Positions 40,089 to 53,424 of a DNA stretch of 64,000 bases are shown piece by piece; within the stretch, counting starts at the first letter, position 1, and each line of letters starts with the position of its first letter. The notes under the pieces are model-generated. The model was not told the origin of the DNA and did not search any database. It saw only the letters and a list, made by a program, of their open reading frames with translations. Source of the DNA: Octopus vulgaris (taxonomy: Eukaryota); contig OX597818.1 in the NCBI GenBank assembly GCA_951406725.2, positions 18,166,001 through 18,230,000 on the forward strand, given 5' to 3'. Made by a program: the position numbers and the translations under genes.

Positions 40089-40894
40089 TACAACTCTATA
40101 GTAAGTTTAGCATAGATAACCCTCTTCTGCAGCAAGACATTAAACTGCAATTGGTGGCGAGGCTTCAGCTCGGGAACTTAGGAGTTTTTGAAAGAATGAG
40201 GTTACTCCTTTGTCATCCACTATTCCAGGTCTGCATTGGAACTCTGGCTCTAGATGAAAGTATCAATTAAGGGCCTCAGCTACAGGTCAAAAATCAAAAG
40301 ACGATGCTGGTGTGTTTACGTCCCCGTAACTTAGCGGTTCGACAAAAGAGACCGATAGAATAAGTACTAGGCTTACAAAGAATACGTCCTAGGGTCGATT
40401 TGTTCAACTAAAGGCGGTGCTGCAGTATGGCTGCTGTCAAATGACTGAAACAAATGACTGAAAAAGACTGAGGAAATTTTTTTCTATTACTTTTATTCAA
40501 AGATCTGTGTTATATATTTCTTAGTTACTGTGTTGCTAATGGAATAATCTAATTCAGAAGTCTGTGTTTGGCTCTGCTATCTGTTCACCATCATTAGTTC
40601 ATAAATACGTGAAAGAGCATTTTTATCTGCTATTTTTATTAATATTGTTATATGAAGTTAAGGCGGAGAGCTGGCAGAAACGTTAGCACACCGAACAAAA
40701 TGCTTAGAGACATTCACGTTCTGAGACCAACTGCCACTGTGGTCGATTTTCTCTTTCGTCCTTTCTGCATCGATAAATTAACAACCAGTAGAAAACTGTG
40801 GTAAATGTAATCGACTTTCCTCTCTCCTCAAAATTGCTGGCCTTCTGTCAGAATTACAAAGAATTGTTATATGAACTTAATGAGTATTTTAAAT

Positions 40895-41096
40895 TTACTC
40901 TTTTACTTGTTTCAGTCATTTGACTGTGGCCATGCTGGAGCACCGCCATTAGTCGAGCAAATCGACCCCAGGATTTATTCTTTGTAAGCCTAATACTTAT
41001 TCTATCGGTTTCTTTTGCCTAACCGCTAAGTTACGGGGACGTAAACACACCAGCATCGGCTGTCAAGCGATGTTGGGGAGACAAACACAGATACAT

Positions 41097-41175
<79 letters not shown>

Positions 41176-41333
41176 CACATATATACGACGGGCTTCTTTC
41201 AGTTTCCATCTACCAAATCCACTCACAAGGTCGGCCCGCGGCTATAGTAGAAGACACTTGCCCAAGGTGCTACGCAGTGAGACTGAACCCGGAACCATGT
41301 GGTTGGTAAGCAAGCTACTTACCACACAGCCAC
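40895..41333 (-). mobile_element. Family B CORE-type SINE with long internal (CA)n
   Basis: Full head and tail with a ~66-bp AC tract inside. Confidence 0.9.
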
Positions 41334-41654
41334 ATTAATTTATCATGATTGGATTTCGAACTCAGTTTACTGAAAAAAAACAGAGTGGAGGTAAATTTGC
41401 TTTTATAAAGTTACCAGGCAGGATTTGGTGATAAATAGGAAAACAAAAGAACCCCTGCACTAAAGAAACCTCTACATTAAGGGGTGATAAGCCTATTTAG
41501 TAACCATGGACAAATTGCAATTGCCTAAGAACGTGAGGACACATCTGTGTAGATAAAAATAATGAATTATGAATTCTATAAATTCATAGACATGCACACG
41601 ATCACACTAAATAACATTTATAAATGCATTAATCAGCAAGTTAGTAAATAACGC

Positions 41655-42580
41655 TTTCTAATTTTGGCACAAAGCCAACAATTTTGGGAAAAGGAGGCCC
41701 CTGTCAGTTACATCGGCTACAGTACCTGACTGGTATTTTATTTTTTAACCTCGCATGAATTAAAGACGAAGTTAGCCACGGCAGGATTTGGACTCAGAAT
41801 GTAAAGAGTCGGAACAGATAATGCAAAGCATTTTCCGACGCTCTAACAATTCTACCAGCTCGCCGCACTTAATAGTTTCTAATTTAAGCACAAGGGCAGA
41901 AATTTTGAGAGGAGGGGTCTTAGTGTATAGCATCAATCTTAATATTTAGCTGGTATTTTATTTTATCGACTCCGAAAGAATGAAAGGTAAAGTCAATCTC
42001 GGCGACATTTGAACTCAGAATGTAAAGCCGGAAATACCACTTTTGTCCGCACGTTAGCGATTCTACCAGCTCACCGCCTTAAAGTCAAAAATATCTTTTT
42101 TATGATAGACATCAAATTTGCTGGGGGGACGGGCATTGAGGGGGCTCGTCGATTACATCGATATCCAGTATTTAACTTGTATTATTTCATCGACCTCTGG
42201 CGCGACAAGCTGGCAGAAACGTTGGCACGCCGGGCGAAATGCTTAGCGGTATTTCGTCTGCGTTACGTTGTGAGTTCAAATTCCGCCGAGGTCGACTTTG
42301 CCTTTCATCCTTTCGGGGTCGATAAATTAAGTACCAGTTACGCACTGGGGTCGATGTAATCGACTTAATACCTATGCCTGTCTGTGTTTAGCCCCTTGTG
42401 GGTAATAAAGAAATAGGTATTTGGTTCGTCTTTATGTTCTGAGTTCAAATTCCGCTGTGGTGGACTTTACCTTTCATCTTTTCGGGGTCAATAAAATAAG
42501 TACGTAAACACTGACGTCGATCTAATCTACTTAGCCCTTTCCCCGAAATTTCTGGCCTTGTGCTAAAATTTGAAACCCTA
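41655..42580. mobile_element. Cluster of at least 4 family A SINEs, adjacent or nested, both orientations
   Basis: Minus copies at ~41655-41870 and ~41875-42080. Plus copies at ~42205-42420 (young) and ~42420-42575. Confidence 0.8.
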
Positions 42581-42599
42581 ATTTCATCGATATTGCCAT

Positions 42600-42985
42600 G
42601 ATTTTGTCTTGTGTTAATTTTATACCATCAGAGTTTACCTTCCGGCCTTTCTTCTACTGTGAACTTATTTATCCCAAAACTGCAATCCAATATCTTTATT
42701 GAATACTCTCACTATGTGGATCCAAGACTCTATGTCTGTCTTGTTTTTCGTATATAGCTTGAGGCTATCCATATAAAGTACGTGATTGATTCTCATCTTC
42801 AATTTAAAAGACTCATAGGCAGGCATGGATTTTCTCATGCTTGTCAGAAGGATTAGTGCAATGACGAAGAGTAACAGAGAGAGCAAGGATCCCTGGAAAA
42901 TGCCCCTGTTTATCTTCACGTTACCTAGTGATTCACTGGCACATGCAATTTCTACTTCCCACGCTCTCATTGATTTCAATTATTA
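42600..42985 (-). pseudogene. RT fragment of an R4/Dong-type (RLE) non-LTR retrotransposon
   Basis: VKINRGIFQGSLLSLLLFVIAL..INHVLYMDSLKLY..F.KDIGLQF resembles the GIFQGDSLSPLLF/HLLYMDDLKLY signature. Confidence 0.8.
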
Positions 42986-43084
42986 AGGCGTCGGTCAGAT
43001 TGCTCCTATATTAGGATTTCTATCTCAATAATTTTAAAAGTATTAATCAATCGTATTTATTCTTCCGTTAATAGTTAATCTTGA

Positions 43085-43670
43085 CAATATGCTTGGCAGC
43101 ATTTCGGCTGACTTTGCGTTCTGAGTTCAAATTCTGCCAAGGAAGGCGATGAGCTGGCAGAATAGCACGCCGGACAAAATGCTTAGCGGTATTTCGTCTG
43201 TTCTCAGTTCAAATTCCGCCGAGGTCAACTTTGCCTTTCATCCTTTCGGGGTCGATGAAATGAGTACCAGTTACGCACTGAGGTCGACGTAATCGACTTA
43301 CCCCTTCCTCCGAAATTGCTGGCCTTGCGCCAAAATTAATCTTTACTTTTACTTAAATTTCATGATAATTATAATATAGATACAACATCGATTTGGTTTT
43401 TAAATCTTTCGAGATTACTGATTTTTCCGAACCAGGGGTGTTCATCCCTAAATTAAACAAATACAACATTTACTTATATAATCCTTTCTACTATAGGTAC
43501 AAGGCCTGAAAATTTGGGACCCCAGCACTTGACTGGTACTTATTTCACCTCGAAAGGATAAAAGGCAAAGTCAACCTCGGCGGAATTCTAACTCAGAACA
43601 TAACGACAGACGAAATACCACTAAACATTTTGCCCGGCGTGCTAACGATTCTGCCTGCTCGCCACCTTAA
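43085..43670. mobile_element. Family A SINE pair (+ at ~43143-43335, - at ~43485-43670)
   Basis: The conserved GCCTTTCATCCTTTCGGGGTCGAT core and head motifs appear in opposite orientations. Confidence 0.8.
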
Positions 43671-43699
43671 TTAACTTACGTAATAAAATTAGATACAGA

Positions 43700-44074
43700 C
43701 TAGCTGTATCGCCCGGCGTTGCTCAGGTTTGTAAGGGAAATAACTATAAAGCATTTTTAGAGAGTTATAGCCAAAAAATAGCAAAAAAATGGAAAAAAAT
43801 GATGGTAAATTTTTTTTTAGTTAAAAAAGGTGGAGTTGCGTCCCCTAGACAGTTTGTGTTTCTGATTCTGGACCCCATGTCGAATTTATCGATTTTTTTC
43901 AGAACTGGGGGAACTTTTCAAAATTTTCGTTGCGTTAGTTTTGAATTATGACATTGGGCTATGTGTGTGTCAAGTTTCATCAGAATCGGTTGAAAGCCGT
44001 GGTCAGGGTGAAGGTACAAGCAAACAGACACACAGAAACACGCACAGACAAACTGCCGTTTATATAGAGAGAGA
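43700..44074 (-). mobile_element. Non-autonomous Helitron (375 bp)
   Basis: A|TCTCTCTCTATATAAACGGCAG 5' end and CCTGAGCAACGCCGGGCG hairpin + CTAG|T 3' end. Confidence 0.92.
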
Positions 44075-44419
44075 TACACAATACCTTAGTATCAATGATT
44101 CAAGTTTATTAATACTCTACTGTGCAAAGTAATAGTCAGTGCGAGGTACCACAAATTTATCTGAGGGCCGCGGGAATTTGAAGTTCCAGCTCGTAAATTA
44201 GTGCGGATTATAAGAAGTTCCAGATTACCAGTGTCCGGAAATTCGGTGCTGTAGCTGTACAAAAATCTTTTTATTTATTCATTCATTTATTCCTTCTGAC
44301 TCGTGCTCTAAGTGCTTTGATATTAAAGCATTATTTTATTCTTTTATATCTTTGAGCCCTAAGGCTCGAGCACCGCCATTAAAAAAAAGTTAAAAAAGAA
44401 TTACTTTAAAAATTAAAGA

Positions 44420-44490
44420 CGCATTGGCTGGGAATCAAACCCAAGCTACCCGCGTGGAAGGTGAGCATTTTACCACTGAACCATCGATGC
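44420..44490 (-). tRNA. tRNA-Gly pseudogene (GCC-type body, anticodon now TCC)
   Basis: GCATCGATGGTTCAGTGGTAAAATGCTCACCT-TCC-ACGCGGGTAGCTTGGGTTTGATTCCCAGCCAATGC is colinear with metazoan tRNA-Gly(GCC). It has stem mismatches, T-loop TTC>TTT, and a T5 run downstream. Confidence 0.85.
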
Positions 44491-45524
44491 GCACATCATA
44501 AAAATCTTTATTTTTTCTTAACATGATATGAAGTTTCAAAGAACATTATCAGTTGACGATTTCAAACTAGAATGAAGACGAAATTTCAGATGGAGAAGAG
44601 ACGTTCCATGTATTTGTTCAATATGGTTACTCGACCTGGTAGAAATACGAGCCTAATCACCACCAATTTATACACCGTTGTCTTGAAATGAAAGGATACA
44701 TTCTATAATATAGCTCCGGATGGATTATAAATTAGCTTGATCAAGAGTTGATATGAGAAACTGTAGCACCAACGTGAAAAGTAAAAAGCTGGCTGTCCAT
44801 TCTTTACCAAATGGAGGCAGCGAGCCGGTAAGAAGTTCTTGAAGACAGACTAGGTCGATAACTTGATCCGTCCCACATATTATTTGATTATGATCTTTCA
44901 ATACGGCAAAAAAGATAAACAGGGCAAGCCTGCATGTGTGTGTCTTTATCTAAAAACCGTCATTTTTCTCCTGTACATTGAACATCAGAACGTCCGAACG
45001 CCCGACCTGCTATGCTTAAACAGTTTCTCCTTGGTTCTATTTAAAATGGAACTCTCTTTAGCTTGTATTGCCACAGAATTATTATTATTTTTATTGCTAG
45101 GACATTGTCCGTAATCATGGACTTGGACGCATTCCGCAAAAAGAAAAATCAAGTTCCTTGTTGTCTATTGAATTTGTTGTTCTGATTTAGAATGTTGTGA
45201 TTGGGTGTATACGATTCACGTTCCACTGATGTCTCTGACCACACTGTCTAACAACAGTCTATATGCCAAGTTTTCACCCCCGCTCTATGCTAGATCTAGT
45301 ATTACATCCCAGTTACAGCGACCAAAATAATTGAATGAACTAATAAGTATCTGAAACTTTGGCACAGGAACACAATTTCTAGAAGGAGTTGAGTCGATAA
45401 AATCGATCATAGTATAATATTGTTAGTAATTATTTCATCGATCACGGAACAATAAAAAGCAAATCGAACACCGGTGGGATTTTTGTTTCTCATAACCTAA
45501 AAATATGGGAATAATAAGAAAATG

Positions 45525-46760
45525 ACCATAAAACGTCATGTTAAAAGTACAAAATGCCATGCCAAGACATACAAAATGTCATTCTAAGGATTTCAAAATG
45601 TCAAGCTTTAGATTACCAAGTGTCATGATATGTGCTACGAAATAAGCTAAAAGCTATAATACTTCATGTTTCCTCTTTGTGGATTCCCATGATTCTCTGT
45701 TTCCATCCATTCCAATTATTATGAATTTGAACTGGGAGCTCGATTCATAGTATATCTTTTATTAGTTGATTACATAACCATGGATGCAGCCCCTATGGAT
45801 GCGTTGCAGATACTCTCTTGATCCTGACCGTAGATCTTCTAGGGTTCTCCCACTCAGAATCAATGTAAGAAACTCTGTTGGTACAGTTACATGACTTGTC
45901 ATATCCTTCGTAGGATAACTGAACGGATGCTATACCATGCCAAAGGGCAATCCGTAACTATGCAATGCACGGTCGTCACTCCGTTAGGTGTTTTCGAAAT
46001 ACCCGCATACTTCATGCTAAAATTGATAAAAGCTCATGCTATGAATGACAACCTCATGTTAAGAACTATTTATTGCATACTAAGAACTATAAAGTGCAAT
46101 GCTAAAAATTATAAAACGTCGTGCTATGCACTACAAAAATATATTGAAGTAGAACTATAAAATGCGCTGAGGAGTACAAATTATCATCGTAAAAAGACTT
46201 CAAAAATATCATGTTGAAGACTGCAAAATGTCATACTGAGTACTATGATATATCATAGCAAAAGCAAGATATCATAGTAAAGGACTTCGATATGCCATGC
46301 TAAAGATTACAAAATTTTATACAAAACACTATAAAAGACTTGAAGCAAACCTGGAGTAGAAAGGGCATGTCATTGAAGAGGTCGCAAATAGTGACGAGAG
46401 GATTTTAACAAACATAGCTGAATGATTGACCGAATGATTAAGAAAACAATCAATTAGTTAATTGATTAAATGGTTTACCAGTTAAATAAAAATAATGGAG
46501 TGAAATAGAACCAGTGTCTTTATTGGCATAATGAATCGTCCCGAGATACAAAGTATAAAATGGTAATACCGATGCTAAAAGACTACAAATCACCATACCA
46601 CAAATATAAGGAAGATGACTATAAAATGGCATGCCAAGAGCTATAAAATGTTATACTAAGGACTACATGCTTTCTTAATAAGGACTACAAGGGCTAGAAA
46701 TTACCATGCAAATTATTACAAAACATTGAGGAAAGAACTACAAAAATTCCGCTAAGAAGT
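45525..46760 (+). repeat. Degenerate ~22-bp minisatellite (approx. AAAATGTCATGCTAAGGACTAC) in three blocks
   Basis: Units such as AAAATGCCATGCCAAGACATAC, AAAATGTCATTCTAAGGATTTC, AAAATGTCATACTGAGTACTAT and AAAATGTTATACTAAGGACTAC occur at 45530-45670, 46007-46335 and 46555-46760. Confidence 0.75.
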
Positions 46761-47844
46761 TGGCAAAAATCTCTTAACCAGTACAATAGATCAGGTAAAA
46801 CTAAAGCGGACAGTGGAAAACAAACCGCACCAGCGTTGCTAGTTCAGGTAAATATCCTGACACAATAAATTCCTTTTGATAAATCAGCATCAATTTATTC
46901 TCATCTGAAGGACCAACTGGAAGCATTGTTGTAATTATTGAATGAATGTATCTACTCCAATGATAATTTAACAATCATTTTTAGATGTACTGGTGATGAA
47001 GGAGAAAACGATAGTGGTAAATGATTGTAGCATGTGTTTAAGAGATGGTCTTCGTAATAAATATCCATATATTTATTTATAACATGATAAACAATTGTAT
47101 ATTTATTATGTCCCATAACAGGAAACCCGTTAAGACTACAAATTCAAATACGTTATAACATTCAATTACTTCAGATTATGGTCTGAGTTCCGGGATAAAA
47201 TCAGATGAGTAATAATTCATAATGACCTGGCGTTAATTAAATCCACTTCATTTCACGCTGTTTACCTGTTCCTCCAAGTTAAAAACCATTAATATTATGT
47301 CTAAGTGAAGTGGTGGAATGATAGATCTACAAGAACACCAATGTAAATGTCTTGCACTATTTAGTTTTTCTACGTTCTGAATTCAAATCCCGCTGAGATC
47401 GACATTACAAGTATTCACACCTGGTCTACCCCACCTGTACAAAAGTGGCTTCGATTTTTAATATGGTCGCCCTGAGTTCAAATCCCACCCGAATCAACTT
47501 TGCCTTTCATCATTTCGGCCTCGGTAAATAATGTACCAGTTCAGTACTCAACCAATTCCACCTCTCTTCCTCTCTCCCCATACTTTCTTTGTGTTATAAT
47601 ATAATGTAAATACAAGAGATGTATATAATAATATCACACGCGCGCGCACGAACACATACACATACTCACTCAGACACATATATACAAACACACACGCGCA
47701 CTTAACACAAATAAATATATACAAATGTATGTAGACATAGAAATATACATACACCCACACCCACATGTATACACACACAAGCACATACACATGTATATAT
47801 AAACGTATTTATATATGCATATATCTTGTCATATATAAGACATA

Positions 47845-49091
47845 TTTATATGTCATATATCTTGACTTCAGTAAAGCGTTTGACATAGTCGATCACAATA
47901 TCCTAGTCAAAACTGTCAAATGTTAGAATCCGGGGAAAGCTACTACATTGGATTGAGTATTTCCCGGAGAACAACACAGCATGCTGTGATCGGTGGAATC
48001 CACTCTAGCCCAGCAAAAGTCACCACTGTTCTCCTTCATGGGGCTGTCTTGGGCCCGCTTCTGTTTATAGTCTATACAAGGGATATTTTAAACGTCATAA
48101 AACACAGCAAGGTGAAAATATTCGTCGATGACTCCAGAAAATTATCAACGGAGAAGACCGAACTGAACTCTATTTTGATCTACATTCTGTAAGTCAATGG
48201 ACAAAAACAAAATGCAGCTAAACGAGGGAAAATTTGAACTGATGCATTTTGGAAGAAAGATTATGTTAAAAGAAGCATATTCTCTTCCTTCAGGGGAACC
48301 ACTCATAACATCTAATAATATCAGAGACCTAGGAGTAATTGTTGACAACAATCTCAGTTGGAGTGCCCGCATCAATAACAAGATCGATATAGCTCGTAAG
48401 ATGAGTTCCTGGATCCTAAGAACATTCCGGTCCAGAGAGCAAAGTGTCATAATTCTTATTTTCTCCTCCTTTGTTCGGTTACACCTTGAATATTGCTGTC
48501 CCCTGCAGTCTCCCCATACAAAACAAAACATTTCGAAAATTGAATCACTCCAGAAGGCATTTACTAAAAGAATTAAGACCATGACTGATCTCGTTTATTG
48601 GGACCGCCTTAAAGCATTGAAACTCTATTCTTTCCAGCGCCTCCGTGAGCGATACATCATTTGCACGATGTGGAGAAAATACCACCAGCATTGCCCAAAC
48701 GACCTCAACATTAGTTTCAGAATTGATCCAAGTCTAGAACCACGGGCCATACGTCACCTACCCAATTCAGGATCACAACACATAAAAAAAATTGCAACAC
48801 AATTACTTTTCCTCAATAGTTCTTGTCCTATTTAACATTGTCCCACAACAGATCAAAGAGGAAATGTATCCTAGTATCCTATCACCTTTAAACGGATTCT
48901 GGACAATGTCTTTAAAGGAATATCAGAGAAGCCACCTATACCTGGATACAACTCACTCAACAAGAACTCATTACTGAAATTGGCCACGATACCACAAAAC
49001 TTGACTTAAAAAGGATTTACCAAATCCTCTCAGGTGGTGCTATTAAGTTAGACGTAGCTTAAGACCAATCTTTGGTTGAAACATATCTAAG

Positions 49092-49092
<1 letters not shown>
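47845..49092 (+). pseudogene. 5'-truncated LINE RT remnant plus 3' UTR (CR1/L2/Jockey group)
   Basis: VIYLDFSKAFDIVDHNIL, GAVLGPLLFIVY, IFVDDS, IRDLGVIVDNNLSW, RLHLEYCC, RLKALKLYS.QR.RERY, with frameshifts. Confidence 0.92.
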
Positions 49093-49126
<34 letters not shown>

Positions 49127-49301
49127 TTGGTAAAATCAGACGGAGAAACCGATGCTTCGTAACGTGTGTAGAGAATAAATCATGCTAATTATGCAATCTG
49201 AGGTCCACTACTAACAACCTAGACATCAAGATATCAGCGCTGGTCTGGTATCATTTGTCAATTAGATTGAGTATCTCAGTTTATGCTAATGTGTATTTCA
49301 G

Positions 49302-49333
<32 letters not shown>

Positions 49334-49334
49334 C

Positions 49335-49428
<94 letters not shown>

Positions 49429-49483
49429 TATATATATGTATATGTATATGTATATATATATATATTATATATATATATACGTA

Positions 49484-49530
<47 letters not shown>

Positions 49531-50039
49531 ACAGGTGTATGTGTGCGCGCGCTCGTGTTCGCGTGCTAAAAGGTATTGAAATTATGACAAAAATTTTATT
49601 CGTGAACGTAAACGTTATTTAATGTCATTGAATGTGCTTTTCAGCAAGATTTTTACAATTTTTGTAAAAACGTTCATATAGAATGTCTTTTTTTTCTTAA
49701 ACGATCACATAAACTGTTTTTGTAAAGCGAAAATCTTTTTACAAAATAAATACATGAATACATAAACAAGTAAATAAACAACATATTTATGAAAATAACA
49801 AAAACATCTCGTAAAATCTGTTACAATACACGTTTAATACCATTATGGTAACGTTTACGTTTAGCGTATGCATCTTTTCAATCGTGTTTTTGTTCTCTTA
49901 TTTTAATTTTTTGTTTTCTTACTGAAATCTTAATTTATATCTATTGTCAGAAAAATATATTTCGGAAAGAAAACATTATGCTTCATAAATATACATACAA
50001 ACATACATACATACATACATACATACATACATACATACA

Positions 50040-50074
<35 letters not shown>

Positions 50075-50082
50075 GCATACAC

Positions 50083-50147
<65 letters not shown>

Positions 50148-50191
50148 AACTTACTTGGAAATGGATGCGTGGCGTTCAATCCAATAATACA

Positions 50192-50244
<53 letters not shown>

Positions 50245-50413
50245 CATACATATATATGTATATATGGGTACAGGACGTCACCACAGTAAACAACACGAAA
50301 TACGAAGGCAAATATTATATATGCATTATATATAAATATATAATACATATATTATACATGCATATACATACATACATACATGCATATATATATACATACA
50401 TGCATAAATATAT

Positions 50414-50461
<48 letters not shown>

Positions 50462-50481
50462 GCATAAATATATACATGTAC

Positions 50482-50519
<38 letters not shown>

Positions 50520-50525
<6 letters not shown>

Positions 50526-50744
50526 GCAATTGAAGGACAGGTATCAATTCATTACAGTCGTTTTAACGACTCATTTAATTGTTTATTGAGTATATTATAT
50601 CACTATAAAGAAACCGTTTTCTTTAAATGCATACATGAAGAAAACGATCTCTTTGTAATAATATAAAGTACTCAATTAAATCAATTAAAGGAATCGTTAG
50701 AAACGACCGTAATGAATTGACACCTGTCCTTCAATTGTTACTTG
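50520..50744. mobile_element. Fully palindromic ~225-bp MITE next to a TA tract
   Basis: CATGTAGCAATTGAAGGACAGGTATCAATTCATTAC.. mirrors ..GTAATGAATTGACACCTGTCCTTCAATTGTTACTTG, with a very short loop near 50632. Confidence 0.85.
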
Positions 50745-51085
50745 TTTATATTTCATTCACCTATCTCAGAACATGCCCTTCGCAAATTCTGAGGTATATT
50801 TTGGACTGTATATTTAATAAAATGTACATGTCTGAATACTTCAAGAGCGGATTATATACTCAGCTGGGTCAAATTGTCTGCATGCACTACAGGAATATCA
50901 TTCTACCGGTACTTCTGTGCCAAAGCTGATATTTACATAATATTGTTGTGTGTGTATATTATTCGGATCTAACGAGGTACCTCAATTTAAGCACCTAATT
51001 CAACTGAATCTTATATATAAATGTGTATGTGTGTATATATTTATACCTACATACATGCACGCATACATACATGCACACATACATA

Positions 51086-51148
<63 letters not shown>

Positions 51149-51198
51149 GAAACTTGATAATTTCGACACTTAAATATCGATATTATCCTCATATATAA

Positions 51199-51256
<58 letters not shown>

Positions 51257-51697
51257 GTATATGTGTATGTGTATGTATATGTATATGTATGTATGCATAC
51301 ATGAGAGAGTGAACAAACGAAAGTGCACTCAGTGTATGTTTGTATGCATGTATGTATGTATGTACTACGTAAGTATGTATATATAACTTAGTGATTTGGT
51401 AAACAAAAAAAGCAACTGCTTGAATGTGTAACAGTCTGAAATAAGTATGTGTGTATATATTTATACCACATGAAGTCGTCAACGTGATGCACACATACAT
51501 ACATGCATATATATATATATATACATATTTATATATATATATATATATACGAAACTTGATAATTTCGACACTTAAATATCGATATTTCCTCTATCTGAGA
51601 GAAAAAAAATTTTTATAATCAATAATTTATTCGAACGGCATCTGTTATTAATTAACCTAATTAATAAATTTGATATCCTTGACCTCTTTATGGTATC

Positions 51698-52137
51698 TTT
51701 TATCTTTTACTTGTTTCATAACTTAGTGATTTGGTAAACAAAAAAAGCAACTGCTTGAATGTGTAACAGTCTGAAATAAGTACTAGGGTCAATTTGATCA
51801 CATAATTTTTAAAGTCTAGTACCTATTCCATTGGTAACTATTACCGAACCGCTAGCTTACGAGGATGTAAGCACACCATCACCGGATAACAAACAGTTGT
51901 GGGGGACAAATGGAGGTACAAAGACACACATACACACATAGATATATACACACACACACACACATACACATATATATGCGACAGGCTTCTTTCAGTTTCC
52001 GCCTACCAAATCCACTCACAGTACTTTGGTCGGATCGAGGCTATAGTAGAAGACGCTTGCCCAAGGTGCTACGCAGTATGACTGAACCCGCAACCATGTG
52101 GTTGAGAAGCAAGCATTTTACCACACAGCCATGCCCG
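51698..52137 (-). mobile_element. Family B SINE, older, with part of its 3' half replaced by a locally copied 65-bp segment
   Basis: The head is at 52060-52137. 51718-51782 is identical to 51383-51447. Confidence 0.75.
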
Positions 52138-52159
52138 CGCCATTTAATATTTAATATAA

Positions 52160-52393
52160 AAGGCGGTGAGCTGGCAGTAACGTTAGCACGCCGGGCGAAA
52201 TGCGTAGCCGTATTTCGTCTACCGTTACGTTCCGAGTTCAAATTCCGCCGAAGTCGACTTTGCCTTTCATCCTTTCGGGGTCGATTAAATAAGTACCAGT
52301 TACGCTCTGGGGTCGACATAATCGACTTAATCCGTTTATCTGTCCTTGTTTGTCCTCTCTCTGTTTAGCCCCTTGTGGGTAGTAAAGAAATAA
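52160..52393 (+). mobile_element. Family A SINE, full length, young
   Basis: AGGCGGTGAGCTGGCAG..GAGTTCAAATTCC..GCCTTTCATCCTTTCGGGGTCGAT..AGCCCCTTGTGGGTAGTAAAGAAATA. Confidence 0.92.
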
Positions 52394-53424
52394 ATATTTA
52401 ATATGCAAATTACTCGCGGTTATGAAACATACCTAAGCATTACGAAGCACACCCATTGACTGAAGTACTCAAGTACGCTGTAATATTTATTTCAAATTTT
52501 TTAACAAAGTCAGCAAGTTCGGGGAAGGCTATAAATAGATTACTGTTTAACTAGTGTCTATATTATCGCCGCCAAATGGATAAAAGGCAAGGTCGATTTC
52601 AGTGGGATTTGAACTCAGAATGCAAAGTCGAACGAAATGCCGCTAAGCATTTTGCTTGGCATGCTCACCGTCTTAAAGTACGCTGCTATATTGAGACATT
52701 TGTGAAATGGGATCGAAACATGTCTCCATACTTCTTCCTTGCATGCAAAACTGATTAGATTGTCCTTTTCATAAGGAGGTAAAATAACTTGATAAATTAC
52801 TGCCTAATTTATTGAAATTATCTCCCCTTTATTTTCGTAGCTACGAATAATTATGGCCAAGTCGTTGTTTTCTTCCTTTTCAAAGAAAAATTACAAAAAA
52901 AAAATCTTTCATTACCATTAAATTATATGCCATAGTATGTATGTATGTATGTATGTATGTATGTATGTATGTATGTATGTATGTATGTATGTATGTATGT
53001 ATGTATGTATGTATGTGTGTGTGTATGTATGTATGTATGTATGTATGTATGTATGTGTGTGTGTATGTATGTATGTATGTATGTATGTATGTATGTATGT
53101 ATGTATGTATGTATGTATGTATGTATGTATCTATGTATGCATGTATGTATGCATGTATGTATGTATGTATGTATGCATGTATGTATGTATGTATGTATGT
53201 ATATCATTATTCAGTTTATTTTAAGATTTCTTGCTAATAGAAAAAGAACCGGTTTCTAACCTAGATCCAAGACTCCTTCATTGGAATCTCAATATCAACA
53301 ACAGAAAAAGTCAGAAGTAAAAAATGACGAAAAGAACGGGATAAAATATAAGTAAAAAATTACAGGAAAGCTTCAGAAGAGAACTGATTTAACGGGCTTC
53401 TTTTTTTATTTTCTCATTAGTCGT

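Noticed and set aside
45525-46760. CRISPR-like array
   Set aside because: Units are contiguous and degenerate with no repeat-spacer alternation, there are no cas genes, and the context is eukaryotic.
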